The translations under genes and the position numbers were made by a program. DNA of 64,000 nucleotides, taken from NCBI GenBank assembly GCA_016196125.1, contig JACPYG010000004.1:138-64137 (forward strand). Direction: 5' to 3'. Positions 40,579 through 49,829 of this stretch are shown here, piece after piece. The DNA comes from Candidatus Staskawiczbacteria bacterium (GTDB lineage: Bacteria; Patescibacteriota; Minisyncoccia; Minisyncoccales; Staskawiczbacteraceae). The notes beneath the pieces were generated by a model. That model made no database searches, had not been told where the DNA came from, and saw only the letters and a program-made list of their open reading frames with translations. Position 1 is the first letter of the stretch, and the number at the start of each line of letters is the position of its first letter.

Positions 40579-40754
40579 CTTGAGATTTGGATTTTGAACT
40601 TACGCTATTTATTATACTACATACAAAAAAAATGAGCTGTGTATAACACAGGCTCACATCCCGATAATTCTAATTGACAAAAAGTTTTATTGTATTAATG
40701 TTATAGTAGCTCATTGACTTGTGTAACTAACCCAAACCAAGGAGAAAGTTGGAT

Positions 40755-40931
40755 ATGGCCACCAATCAAGACGTTGTTAAAAGGATTTGCCCTCTTTGCA
40801 AGAAAGAATTACCATTTTTAAAAGAAGATGGTCATCATAATTTTTGTCCTCATAGTTTAGAAGATGGTAAAATAATAGATATTTTCATTACTTGTAAAAT
40901 GATGTCAATCGACGGTAGATGGCAGATTTAG
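40755..40931 (+). CDS. Small Cys-containing hypothetical protein
   Basis: AAGGAG SD; CPLC…FCPH; upstream TTGACA. Confidence 0.5.
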   Translation: MATNQDVVKRICPLCKKELPFLKEDGHHNFCPHSLEDGKIIDIFITCKMMSIDGRWQI

Positions 40932-40958
40932 TATAAAAAAACAAGTTTCTTTACAAAT

Positions 40959-41031
40959 GCGGACGTAGCTCAATTGGCAGAGCGTTGGTCTCCAAAACCA
41001 ATGGTTGTGGGTTCGAGTCCCTCCGTCCGTG
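40959..41031 (+). tRNA. tRNA-Trp (CCA)
   Basis: Acceptor GCGGACG/CGTCCGT; D stem GCTC/GAGC; anticodon arm TTGGT-CTCCAAA-ACCAA; TTCGAGT loop; discriminator G; CCA end not encoded. Confidence 0.96.
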
Positions 41032-41052
41032 TTCCGCTGGCTTTTCTGGCAC

Positions 41053-41080
41053 AAAAACTCTTCACGCGAAGAGTTTTTTT
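41053..41080. terminator. Bidirectional intrinsic terminator
   Basis: AAAAACTCTTC-ACGC-GAAGAGTTTTTTT between convergent units. Confidence 0.8.
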
Positions 41081-41831
41081 ATTTTAAAACTATTTTTTTA
41101 CCTTTAAATCCAAATATATCATTATAGTTTTTTTGGCCAAAAAGAATCGGATAAAAATCTTCATCAGCTATTAATAGGTTTTTTCCTTTTCGTGCATATA
41201 TATAATTTTTTTTAACTAATTTATAATTTTTAATATTATTAATAAGCTTATAGCCTTCTAGTTTAGGAACTACCGAGACAACATTAAAGTAACTTATTGT
41301 CGCATTATTTACAGGAACTATAAAATTAATAATACATAGATACTTTAAAAGCTTCTTAATTCCTAAAACAGTATTTCTTAATGTTGATAAATCTTTATCT
41401 TTTCCGTATTCAAAAGCAATACCAACTTTTGCTTGAGAAATAAGAGCATTATTTTTTGTTGGATTCATAATTAGTACATATTTTGGCTGAATTATTTCTA
41501 CATATTCCCTAGTTTTCTTATTAAGATTGGTAATAATTAAAGTATCTTTTAAGTTGCTGGTAGTTGAATGGATATCTATAACAATATCAGCTGATTTAAT
41601 TATTGGTGAAATTTTATAAGCAATCTTTTCCTCATAATTGCCATGTTTTTTACCTGGAAAAGAACGATTAAGGTCTTGGTCAATATATCTTTTATTTAAA
41701 TCAAAAGCCTTCTTATTAGCTATTTGAACAACGAGAATGTTTTTATTAATATTTAATTTCTCTATTTCTTTGGCAACCTCAAAACCTATTTTTTCATTTC
41801 CATGTGTTGCAATATTCAATATAATTTTCAT
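41079..41831 (-). CDS. Succinylglutamate desuccinylase / aspartoacylase family protein (M14-like)
   Basis: THGNE, DLNRSFPG, IDIHST, FEYG. Confidence 0.88.
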   Translation of the reverse strand: MKIILNIATHGNEKIGFEVAKEIEKLNINKNILVVQIANKKAFDLNKRYIDQDLNRSFPGKKHGNYEEKIAYKISPIIKSADIVIDIHSTTSNLKDTLIITNLNKKTREYVEIIQPKYVLIMNPTKNNALISQAKVGIAFEYGKDKDLSTLRNTVLGIKKLLKYLCIINFIVPVNNATISYFNVVSVVPKLEGYKLINNIKNYKLVKKNYIYARKGKNLLIADEDFYPILFGQKNYNDIFGFKGKKIVLK

Positions 41832-41891
41832 TTTTATATTTAACTTTTAATTAGTAAAATAAAAAGGCTTGTTTTTGCAAGCCTCCTTATG

Positions 41892-42638
41892 TTAAGAAAA
41901 TTTCACAATTTCGAGGCAGGCTTTCGCATATTCAATAATTTCTTCAATAGATTCAGTTGTACCAAACATTCTAAATTCAATTGTTCTTGTGCTGGGTTTG
42001 AAACGAACCAAATCCCAAACATTTTTTTCACCACCTTTGACATTAATATATTCTAACACTTCTTTAAAATTAGAAAATAGCGGTGGTACTCCGTCGGTCT
42101 TTGCCATTATGGTATAAGCATTAATCCTTTTACCGTCTGAATGGTCTCCGATCTTTGTTAATTTACCAATAACTTTCCTTCTACAAATATTTAATATTTT
42201 AACAACATGACTCTCAGGTATGGCCAAGTGGACATGTACTGCTGCAACTACGGAAGCAGCCAATCTCCTTTCAGGAGATATAGAATACCAAAGATTTTGG
42301 TGACGCTTGCTAAAAGGATTTACCTCTAAAGATGATATTCGATTTTCTTCTACCAATTCTGAAAAATCGAAACCTAAGCCATGTTTACTTGCTACTTTAC
42401 GCATTATTTGATCATTAGTAATCAGTGCATCTTTTAATGATAATAATGAATTGCAAGGTAATGTTTTATCTTCTATTTGTCCCGCAAAAAGTTCATAAGT
42501 GAATAACTCTTCGGACAAACTTATTCTTTTTGCTTCTTCATGAACTTTAGGAAGTAAGATACCAATAGCAGGAACAATTTTATTACTTATACTATTAATA
42601 ATAAAACGTTCTCTCTCTATACCCAATGTTGTGATCAT
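41892..42638 (-). CDS. Glutamate--cysteine ligase (GCS2/YbdK)-like carboxylate-amine ligase, short form
   Basis: TLGIERE, ELFAGQIE, VHVHL, WDLVR…TIEFRMF. Confidence 0.75.
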   Translation of the reverse strand: MITTLGIERERFIINSISNKIVPAIGILLPKVHEEAKRISLSEELFTYELFAGQIEDKTLPCNSLLSLKDALITNDQIMRKVASKHGLGFDFSELVEENRISSLEVNPFSKRHQNLWYSISPERRLAASVVAAVHVHLAIPESHVVKILNICRRKVIGKLTKIGDHSDGKRINAYTIMAKTDGVPPLFSNFKEVLEYINVKGGEKNVWDLVRFKPSTRTIEFRMFGTTESIEEIIEYAKACLEIVKFS

Positions 42639-42699
42639 TTTCTTTTCTCCTTAAATTATGAAAGTGCTATTTGAGAAGCTACCCACAGATTTTGTGGAA

Positions 42700-42955
42700 T
42701 AAAAAACTTCTCGTCTCTGGGGCATAGCAAAACTATGCAACAGGGACGAGAAGTGTTCTCATGGTGCCACCCTATTTTTCAATTAATAAATTAATTGAAC
42801 TCATCAACTCAACCATTACTGATTTCATTGATTATCCTATGATTACGGAGGAAACCGAACTTCCACTTACGCAGAAGTCATCATGCCCTTCGATAAACTC
42901 GGGGCGAATCGGGCCCAATCTCCTAAGCTTTCGGCCGGAGACCCGACTCATTGAT
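42700..42955 (-). promoter_or_regulatory. T-box riboswitch, probably Trp-specific
   Basis: AGGGTGGCACCATG T-box (about 42760-42773); antiterminator partner CGTCCCT; terminator CTTCTCGTC…GACGAGAAGTTTTTT; stem II and CCGTAATC; short stem I containing TGG. Confidence 0.85.
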
Positions 42956-43090
42956 TTTATAATTATCAATATTTCCTACTATATTACTATATTTTGACTC
43001 TATCAAATTAAAAAATTCTTGTCAAGTGTTTTAATAAAAAAGGGTAAGAACATAATATTCTAACCCATTTACCTTTTATAATCTATGCCA

Positions 43091-44074
43091 TTATTTTTTA
43101 AGACCTATCGCACTGCGCATATCTGCAAGGACAGACGAAGCTATTAATCGAACCTTATTGGCACCCTGCGCAAGAATTTCACGAACAGTATTATTGCTCA
43201 GTAATTCGTATCTTTGCTGAATAGGTTTAAGAAGAGTAGTAATATCTTCAGCGAGCCGCTGTTTCATTTCACCAAAAAACTTGCCTTCGCAATTAACGTA
43301 GCGACGCAGATATTCGGTGTGAATATCAGGCGGACTACATAATTCCATAAGAGTATATAGCGCCTTTGTACCTGACTGCATTTCGCCGCCGGGTTCTGAT
43401 TGAGTGGGAATGCCACGAACCTTCTTTATAACAGAAGATATGTCTTCGAGCAAAGCAATAGTATTGCCATCGCTTTTACCCATTTTGTCTGCTCCATCGA
43501 TTCCTGGTACCCGTAAAGGGTTATTAACATTTAATTCTGGAATAATAAAAATATCCTTTTCAAACATGTGATTAAATGCTCTCGCAAAGTCGCGAGTCAT
43601 TTCAACGTGCTGGGTTTGATCCTGACCAACAGGCACTCGTTGTGCACGAACACAGAGAATATCCGAAGCCATCAGAACTGGATAACCTAGTAAGCCGTAG
43701 CTGACTTCGCCCTCTGGGACACCCTTATTATTAACGCGATCCTTGAATGTTGTACAAGTTTGAAGCCGACCAAGTTTAACGACATTGCCCAAAAGAAGAG
43801 CGATTTCACTCACTTCCGGCACATCACTTTGGCAGTATAGCGTTGATCACATAGAATCGATTCCGCAGGCCAAGTAATTCTTGGCCACTTCGACTGACAT
43901 TTCTTCAATATTTGTGGGACCTGTAACTTCGGTCAGAGCATGAATGTCTGCCACGAAGAAAAAGCATTCTTCTCCAGCAGTCTGAAGATCCAAGAACTGC
44001 TTAATAGCGCCAAAATAATTACCAAGGTGCAAATTACCAGTAGGTCTCATACCAGATAAAACTCGACTGCTCAT
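43091..44074 (-). pseudogene. trpS: Tryptophan--tRNA ligase with one in-frame TGA
   Basis: SGMRPTGNLHLGNY, GYPVLMASD, VPVGQDQ, KMGKS; the two ORFs are co-framed with TGA at 43847-43849. Confidence 0.9.
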
Positions 44075-44279
44075 GGACTATTTCCTCCGAATTGTAAAAG
44101 GGCTAACCGAAACATATCGGTTTTGTATATGTAAACTACATTATATAAATGAATATGTCAATGATTTGTAAACAGTAACTATATTATAAATTTATCTTCA
44201 AAACTATATGTGTCAAAAATAAAGTGTTCGTTTAATAAATAACTTGTTTGCAATCTAATTTTAGTTTTTATAAAAGTTT

Positions 44280-44900
44280 CTAAAAATAATCAAGAAATCT
44301 TTTTTTAATATCCGATAATCTTTGTTTTTTAAAATTAAATCTAAAACCTGGCCTATTATTTAAATCTTCTAATAATTTACGGAGACCTTTATCATTAAAA
44401 ACATTAAGATTAAGCTCTTTACATATTAACATAATTTTTTTGTCTGCACTTTTGATTGAATCTAAATCAGTAACAATTTCTGCCTCAAAATAATAACCGA
44501 ATTTAGGAACTTCAACCAACACAATCTCAATACCCTTGTATTTATAAAGATATGATTTAGTAACTTGTAATACTCCATAATAAAATCCTAATATAAAAAG
44601 AAATTCTATCATTTCTTCAAATTTTTTTGAATCTATGGGAAATGAAAACTCTTTTCTAGCGTCATTTCCGCTCCATTTACCGTATTTTAAAACCAACTCT
44701 GTTTTTTTATTTGTAATTCTCAGTTTTAAATCTATTTTACTCCTACCTAATTTAAATGTTTCTTTGCCTCTGGATGAATAAATAATAGAAAATCTGTTTT
44801 TTTCTTCAAGGAATTTACCATTTTTATTAAAAAATTTATTCAACGCTATAAATTGTTCTTTAGTTAAAGAACCACGATGCTCAACTTCAATTTTTGCCAT
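44280..44900 (-). CDS. CYTH domain protein
   Basis: IEVEHR (ExExK-like), LKLRI, RKEF, YFEAEI. Confidence 0.8.
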   Translation of the reverse strand: MAKIEVEHRGSLTKEQFIALNKFFNKNGKFLEEKNRFSIIYSSRGKETFKLGRSKIDLKLRITNKKTELVLKYGKWSGNDARKEFSFPIDSKKFEEMIEFLFILGFYYGVLQVTKSYLYKYKGIEIVLVEVPKFGYYFEAEIVTDLDSIKSADKKIMLICKELNLNVFNDKGLRKLLEDLNNRPGFRFNFKKQRLSDIKKRFLDYF

Positions 44901-44916
44901 ATCTTTATTGTATTGA

Positions 44917-44970
44917 TTAAACTTTTAAATTCTGTCCAATCGGCAGCTCAATATAAAAGGTAGAACCCTT
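44917..44970 (-). repeat. Orphan histidine kinase 3'-end copy
   Basis: Encodes KGSTFYIELPIGQNLKV*. Confidence 0.8.
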
Positions 44971-44974
44971 GCTT

Positions 44975-45238
44975 CTACTTATAAATATCATGAGGACCTA
45001 TATCTAAAAAAATTACATTATTGTCATTAAAAACAAAAATAATCCTATACTGACCCTTTACGGTAAAACTCCAATGCTTTTTTAATTTTCCAAAAAGTTT
45101 GTGCGTTTTAAGAGAAGGGGTAAACGGATTGTTTTTAAATAAGATAATTTTTATTTTTGCTACTTTTTGAATTTCTTTTGATAAATCAAAAAATGATTTT
45201 CTAAATTGAGGATGATAATAAATACGAGAAATTTCCAT
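44975..45238 (-). CDS. RelE/YafQ-family toxin
   Basis: LKTHKL.GKLK..WSF…YRIIF…IGPHDIY. Confidence 0.88.
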   Translation of the reverse strand: MEISRIYYHPQFRKSFFDLSKEIQKVAKIKIILFKNNPFTPSLKTHKLFGKLKKHWSFTVKGQYRIIFVFNDNNVIFLDIGPHDIYK

Positions 45239-45251
45239 TAACTGAATTTAA

Positions 45252-45434
45252 CTAAAAATTAAATTCCGGTAACTTTCCGATTCGCTTCATAACTTTTGCT
45301 TCGCGCGTCCAACGCAACACATCTTCTGCTGTAATTTTTTGTTTTCTTAATAATGCCTCGTATTCTTTTTTAGGAATAATAACAAGTTCTCCTTTTTTTG
45401 CCAATTTTTGAGGGATAGTAATAATTTTGTCCAT
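45252..45434 (-). CDS. Putative antitoxin
   Basis: 60 aa, directly upstream of the toxin; LVIIPKKEYEAL. Confidence 0.75.
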   Translation of the reverse strand: MDKIITIPQKLAKKGELVIIPKKEYEALLRKQKITAEDVLRWTREAKVMKRIGKLPEFNF

Positions 45435-45504
45435 AATATTTTCAATTGAATAGTGATTATACCTTTAACCTACTATGTTTTAAAATATAAGTCAAACTCA
45501 ATTT

Positions 45505-45742
45505 TTAATCACCAATCGGCAGCTCAATATAAAAGGTAGAACCCGTCGTCGCTCCGTTCCTCTTTCAAAACCCTCGGTTTGAATAATTTCCTACACGGAA
45601 GGAAATGCTTTCTTTCCGACCCATCCTTTGGGTTCTCTGTTTTTTAAGTTTAGCCTAATGGTAATTCAATGTAAAATATCGAACCCTTACCCTCGCCTTC
45701 CGATTCTACCCAAACTTTGCCGTTATGATATTTTATGATTTT
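45505..45742 (-). repeat. About 210-bp direct repeat of 47967-48178 holding two kinase 3'-end copies
   Basis: Offset 2453 bp; encodes IIKYHNGKVWVESEGEGKGSIFYIELPLG* and GSTFYIELPIGD*. Confidence 0.9.
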
Positions 45743-45911
45743 TATAGTGTTGCTATTTTTTATCTCGGTTTTTAACATATTGAAAATCTAAAAAAAATAA
45801 AAAAAGACGCTATATAAGTATAGCGTATGAGGTTATTATTAAAAAAGAATATCCTTAATCAAACCTTTGCTCAAATTTATCCAAAATTTGGATTAACATT
45901 TTTATTGTTGC

Positions 45912-46586
45912 TTATCCTATGTCCAGATTAGATGTGTCTATTATTACTACTGGTGTGCCTTGATTTTTAAAATAATTATAGCCAGTCATAAACGCAGAAT
46001 ACAATTCTGCGATAGTTTTGGAGTCAGTTCGAACGCCTGCCTTTTTTGTTAGAAAAGCATCTTTTCTATTACGGTCGGCAGCTACTTTAGGGTCACACAT
46101 TACAAAGAAACAAATATCAATATTTTTTAGCCACCCTTCATGCGTGAAGAAAGACTTGAAACACTTAGACTCCTCTTTCTTTAATCTTCTTTTTTGATGA
46201 AGCCACTCTATAAAGCACCATGCGTCATAGAGACCTCTATCAAAAAAAAGTAAATCATAATCTATACTGTAAGAGTGTTGAAGTAAGATTTGAAGTGCAT
46301 AGTTGCTTGCTGCAACGCTGTGTTGAAACGCGGTACGCGGTATATTACGAACTGACTTGGTTCCTTCTTGAGGAATTAAAATTTTGCATTCTTGTTCATC
46401 GTTCCTTTGGCGGCGTAAGAATACATCAATTCTTTTTAGAATAGTGCTTTTTCCGGAATCCGGCAATCCTGTTACCTCTACTATGAACGGCCTTGATAAT
46501 TTTTCTCTTCTGAATTCAGAAGAACGTAAGTGTCTCAGCATTGTCATGGTTCGTTTTTCAATGTTCGTTTCATGCGGGATTTTCAT
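45912..46586 (-). CDS. Thymidylate-kinase-like P-loop protein
   Basis: EVTGLPDSGKS, FDRG; GAGGAG SD and ATGA coupling at 46586; C-terminus may be truncated. Confidence 0.7.
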   Translation of the reverse strand: MKIPHETNIEKRTMTMLRHLRSSEFRREKLSRPFIVEVTGLPDSGKSTILKRIDVFLRRQRNDEQECKILIPQEGTKSVRNIPRTAFQHSVAASNYALQILLQHSYSIDYDLLFFDRGLYDAWCFIEWLHQKRRLKKEESKCFKSFFTHEGWLKNIDICFFVMCDPKVAADRNRKDAFLTKKAGVRTDSKTIAELYSAFMTGYNYFKNQGTPVVIIDTSNLDIG

Positions 46587-47326
46587 AACAACTCCTCGGG
46601 TTTCGTTACGGAACGAGGACGAAGATGGTCGCATTGATCACGAGAACCACACCAACAAACATAAATCATTAGAGCACCGGAGCGGAAGCATACACGAGGT
46701 ACATTACCACACTTATGGCGTGAACCTGCGCACAGAGTTACACTCTCAACATCTAAGTGTTGACCTGTAGATGTAAAATAGCCCAACTCCAAAAGCAGTC
46801 GTTCTAATAAAGTAATTCCCTTGGCACCTCTCTTTTTTATGTCGTCGGCAGACAAATTCCTGTTTTCTTCATCTGATTCAATAGTTCGCCTGAAATTGAT
46901 ACTATACGAACTGTCTTTATTAGGATCGCGGTCGTTTTTACTAACTTCGGTATCTGGGTTGTTAATATACTTTTTAATATTAACACCCAATTTCTTCAAA
47001 CACGAAATCACCTTTTTACATGTTAGTCCCATAAGGACTGGAATGGTCCACATCTTAGTGTTTATAGTAAGTTCCAAATTGGCAATTGTAGATTCATAAT
47101 CCGTCTGCATACCGAGAAGTTCGTATACTATCCTCCAATTAATTTCCGCAATTTCCTGATTATCGCCTTTGTTCAAAAGTATCTTCCTTATCGCTTGCTC
47201 TAAGTCTCTTTTATTGTCAATCAATTTTCGAGCAAGTTCCGAGGGAAGATCTGATGGAATCGCCTCCGTTAGCGTAGAAACCAGTTTCTTCATCTGTCTG
47301 GCAGTTATTCGCTTGGGGATATTCAT
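46583..47326 (-). CDS. Hypothetical protein with a C-terminal region resembling CLec-type DGR targets
   Basis: TLLERLLLE…TLCAGSR…VP.V…YV.W…LRPRSV; resemblance judged from memory. Confidence 0.6.
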   Translation of the reverse strand: MNIPKRITARQMKKLVSTLTEAIPSDLPSELARKLIDNKRDLEQAIRKILLNKGDNQEIAEINWRIVYELLGMQTDYESTIANLELTINTKMWTIPVLMGLTCKKVISCLKKLGVNIKKYINNPDTEVSKNDRDPNKDSSYSINFRRTIESDEENRNLSADDIKKRGAKGITLLERLLLELGYFTSTGQHLDVESVTLCAGSRHKCGNVPRVCFRSGALMIYVCWCGSRDQCDHLRPRSVTKPEELL

Positions 47327-47485
47327 AGCTGTCTCCTCAATTTTTAAAAGAACAATTCTCTAATAAAGATGCACACCTTATTCTATTTCCACCCTATCAT
47401 TATTAAACATTTTGTCAATCACTCTTAGCATTTGTATCGCTTGTTTCAGAATGACATAGATGATAAAATTAAAAAATCAAATTTT

Positions 47486-47956
47486 ATGAAATCAAATATA
47501 GTTAAAAAAACAATTCAAAGATTACTTAAACAAGCTAAGAAAGATAGAGTTCGAAAAATTGTAGTAAGGGCAGTTATCAAACGCAATAATAAATTTTTGC
47601 TCTTAGAGAGGGCTTTATCTGATTTTTTAGGCGGACTTGTGATACTACCTGGCGGCACCGTAGATACAGATGAAGATTTATTGCAAGCTTTGGTTAGAGA
47701 AGTGAAAGAAGAAACTAATCTTGTAATTACTGAAATTATTTCTTATATTGGTTCATTTGATTACGCTTCTAGTTCGGGAAAAAAGACAAGACAATTCAAT
47801 TTCTTTATTGAAACTGAACCAGGTAATATTAGAATAAACCAATCTGAACACAGTAATTATTATTTATTAAATCCATCGGACGAAGAGTTTTCTAAATTAA
47901 ATATTTCTGATAGCACAAAAACAATTTTATCAACTGTTCAAAAAAAGTATTCGTAA
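47486..47956 (+). CDS. NUDIX hydrolase
   Basis: PGGTVDTDEDLLQALVREVKEETNL Nudix box. Confidence 0.9.
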   Translation: MKSNIVKKTIQRLLKQAKKDRVRKIVVRAVIKRNNKFLLLERALSDFLGGLVILPGGTVDTDEDLLQALVREVKEETNLVITEIISYIGSFDYASSSGKKTRQFNFFIETEPGNIRINQSEHSNYYLLNPSDEEFSKLNISDSTKTILSTVQKKYS

Positions 47957-48102
47957 ACTAACCAATAATCGGCAGCTCAATATAAAAGGTAGAACCCGTC
48001 GTCGCTCCGTTCCTCTTTCAAAACCCTCGGTTTGAATAATTTCCTACACGGAAGGAAATGCTTTCCTTCCGACCCATCCTTTGGGTTCTCTGTTTTTTAA
48101 GT

Positions 48103-49800
48103 TTAGCCTAATGGTAATTCAATGTAAAATATCGAACCCTTACCTTCGCCTTCCGACTCCGCCCAAACTTTGCCATTATGGTACTTAATAATTTGAGTGG
48201 ATAAATAAAGTCCGATGCCGCTGCCTGTGGCGGTCTGCTGGGCTTGTTCTGTTCTTTCAAATTGAGTTTCAAACATTGTTTTAATTTTTTCTTTTGGAAT
48301 GCCGATTCCAGTGTCTTGAACCTTAACCAGCACCTTGCCGTTTTCGCTACTTTTAACACTTACTGAAACTCTCCCCTTTGTGGTGAATTTTATGGAATTA
48401 TCAATAATATTAAACAAAGCTCCTTTTAGCCTTTCCCTATCGGCATTTATTTCAATAATTTGCTCTGATTTTTCCAGTTTTAAGTAAATATTTTTTGATG
48501 ATGCCTTAAATTCAAGCTCGCTGACTATTTCTTCCAAAATAGAATTAATCTTAACGCCCGGTTTTAACGATACCGGATTTTTGCCTAATTGAATCGCGCT
48601 GGTATCCAAAAAATCATTTATCTTCCTGACCATGTTTTTGGACACATCGCTTATTTTTTTAATAACTTCCACGGTTTTTTTGCTCTGCTTGCCAAAAGTT
48701 CCGTTTAACAACAAATCCAAATACCCCATAATTGATGTCAAAGGAGTCCGTAAATCATGCTGTGTTTGAGCTAAAAACTGGTCTTTAACTTTGTCTAATT
48801 TTTCCAATTCTTCTTTCGCTCTTCTTTCAATTATATAAGCCCTATTAATGTCCTCTTTAGCCTTTTTTTCAATAGCATAGGCCTGCCTTATATCTTCTGC
48901 CATTTTTGCTATTTCTTCTCTTTGTTTGACTTCTTTTATAACGCCGCGTATCAATAAAATCCCGAAAACGAGGATAAAAAATAAAACACTGCTACGGTAA
49001 ATAATTAATACAATATCGTTGGTCTGTGTTACTTCAATAAAACTCACTATTGAAAGAGAAAAAACCAACAAAGAAGAACCAATGACTCGGATATTGAATA
49101 GCTTATGCCTGACAATTGCGTATGAAGCAAGTATAACAAATGGCATTAAGAATATTGCTCCAAATGATATAAAGTTTGAATTATTAAAAAATCCAACTTG
49201 GATAGGAATAAAGACTATTATTAAAGCAAAGGTTATTATTGAACCTGTTAACAATAAATAGAATTTATTTTTTTCTTCTTTCTGTGCCTTTCTTATTTTT
49301 ATAAAAAATAGCGAGAAACTTATAATTAAAATTACAACTATTGTTAATAAAAAAATAAAAAATGCTGGCTCTGTTTCTAGTGTATTTATTACACCATCCG
49401 AAGTTATAGAGGAAACTCCGGAAAAAACAAACGGAGTTAAAGTTAGCAAAGATACAATAATAACTATTGGAATTAATAGAGTTTTATACCACCATCCAGA
49501 TGTTACTAACTTTTCCAATGGAAATACATAAAATAAACGAAAAATTGAAAATACATACCAAACAGCTAAAAATAATTCTATTTTAATAAATAAGAAAGCC
49601 AGTTCTATATTGTTCGTAATCCGATAACTCATTAAATTAAAAAATCCCCATGTAGTTCCCACTATAACAAAATAAAAAAAGGTTCTATTAGTTATACTTT
49701 TATAGTTGTTAAATAGAACACTAAACCCCATTACAACCATGGCAGCAATTGCAATACCTACCGAAAGAAAATCTATGTTGCCTGATAAATTTAAACTCAT
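48103..49800 (-). CDS. Sensor histidine kinase with a multi-TM (7TM-type) input domain
   Basis: HDLRTPL H-box, NIIDNSIKF, DTGIGI, GSGIGL; extensive hydrophobic N-terminus. Confidence 0.95.
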   Translation of the reverse strand: MSLNLSGNIDFLSVGIAIAAMVVMGFSVLFNNYKSITNRTFFYFVIVGTTWGFFNLMSYRITNNIELAFLFIKIELFLAVWYVFSIFRLFYVFPLEKLVTSGWWYKTLLIPIVIIVSLLTLTPFVFSGVSSITSDGVINTLETEPAFFIFLLTIVVILIISFSLFFIKIRKAQKEEKNKFYLLLTGSIITFALIIVFIPIQVGFFNNSNFISFGAIFLMPFVILASYAIVRHKLFNIRVIGSSLLVFSLSIVSFIEVTQTNDIVLIIYRSSVLFFILVFGILLIRGVIKEVKQREEIAKMAEDIRQAYAIEKKAKEDINRAYIIERRAKEELEKLDKVKDQFLAQTQHDLRTPLTSIMGYLDLLLNGTFGKQSKKTVEVIKKISDVSKNMVRKINDFLDTSAIQLGKNPVSLKPGVKINSILEEIVSELEFKASSKNIYLKLEKSEQIIEINADRERLKGALFNIIDNSIKFTTKGRVSVSVKSSENGKVLVKVQDTGIGIPKEKIKTMFETQFERTEQAQQTATGSGIGLYLSTQIIKYHNGKVWAESEGEGKGSIFYIELPLG

Positions 49801-49829
49801 AAATTATCTTTAAAACTATTTTTTATTAT

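Noticed and set aside
40959..44074. UGA recoding (code 4/25) or a suppressor tRNA-Trp
   Set aside because: TGA ends normal genes such as miaA and tmk; the tRNA has a CCA anticodon, a full 5-bp anticodon stem and a normal C11-G24 pair.
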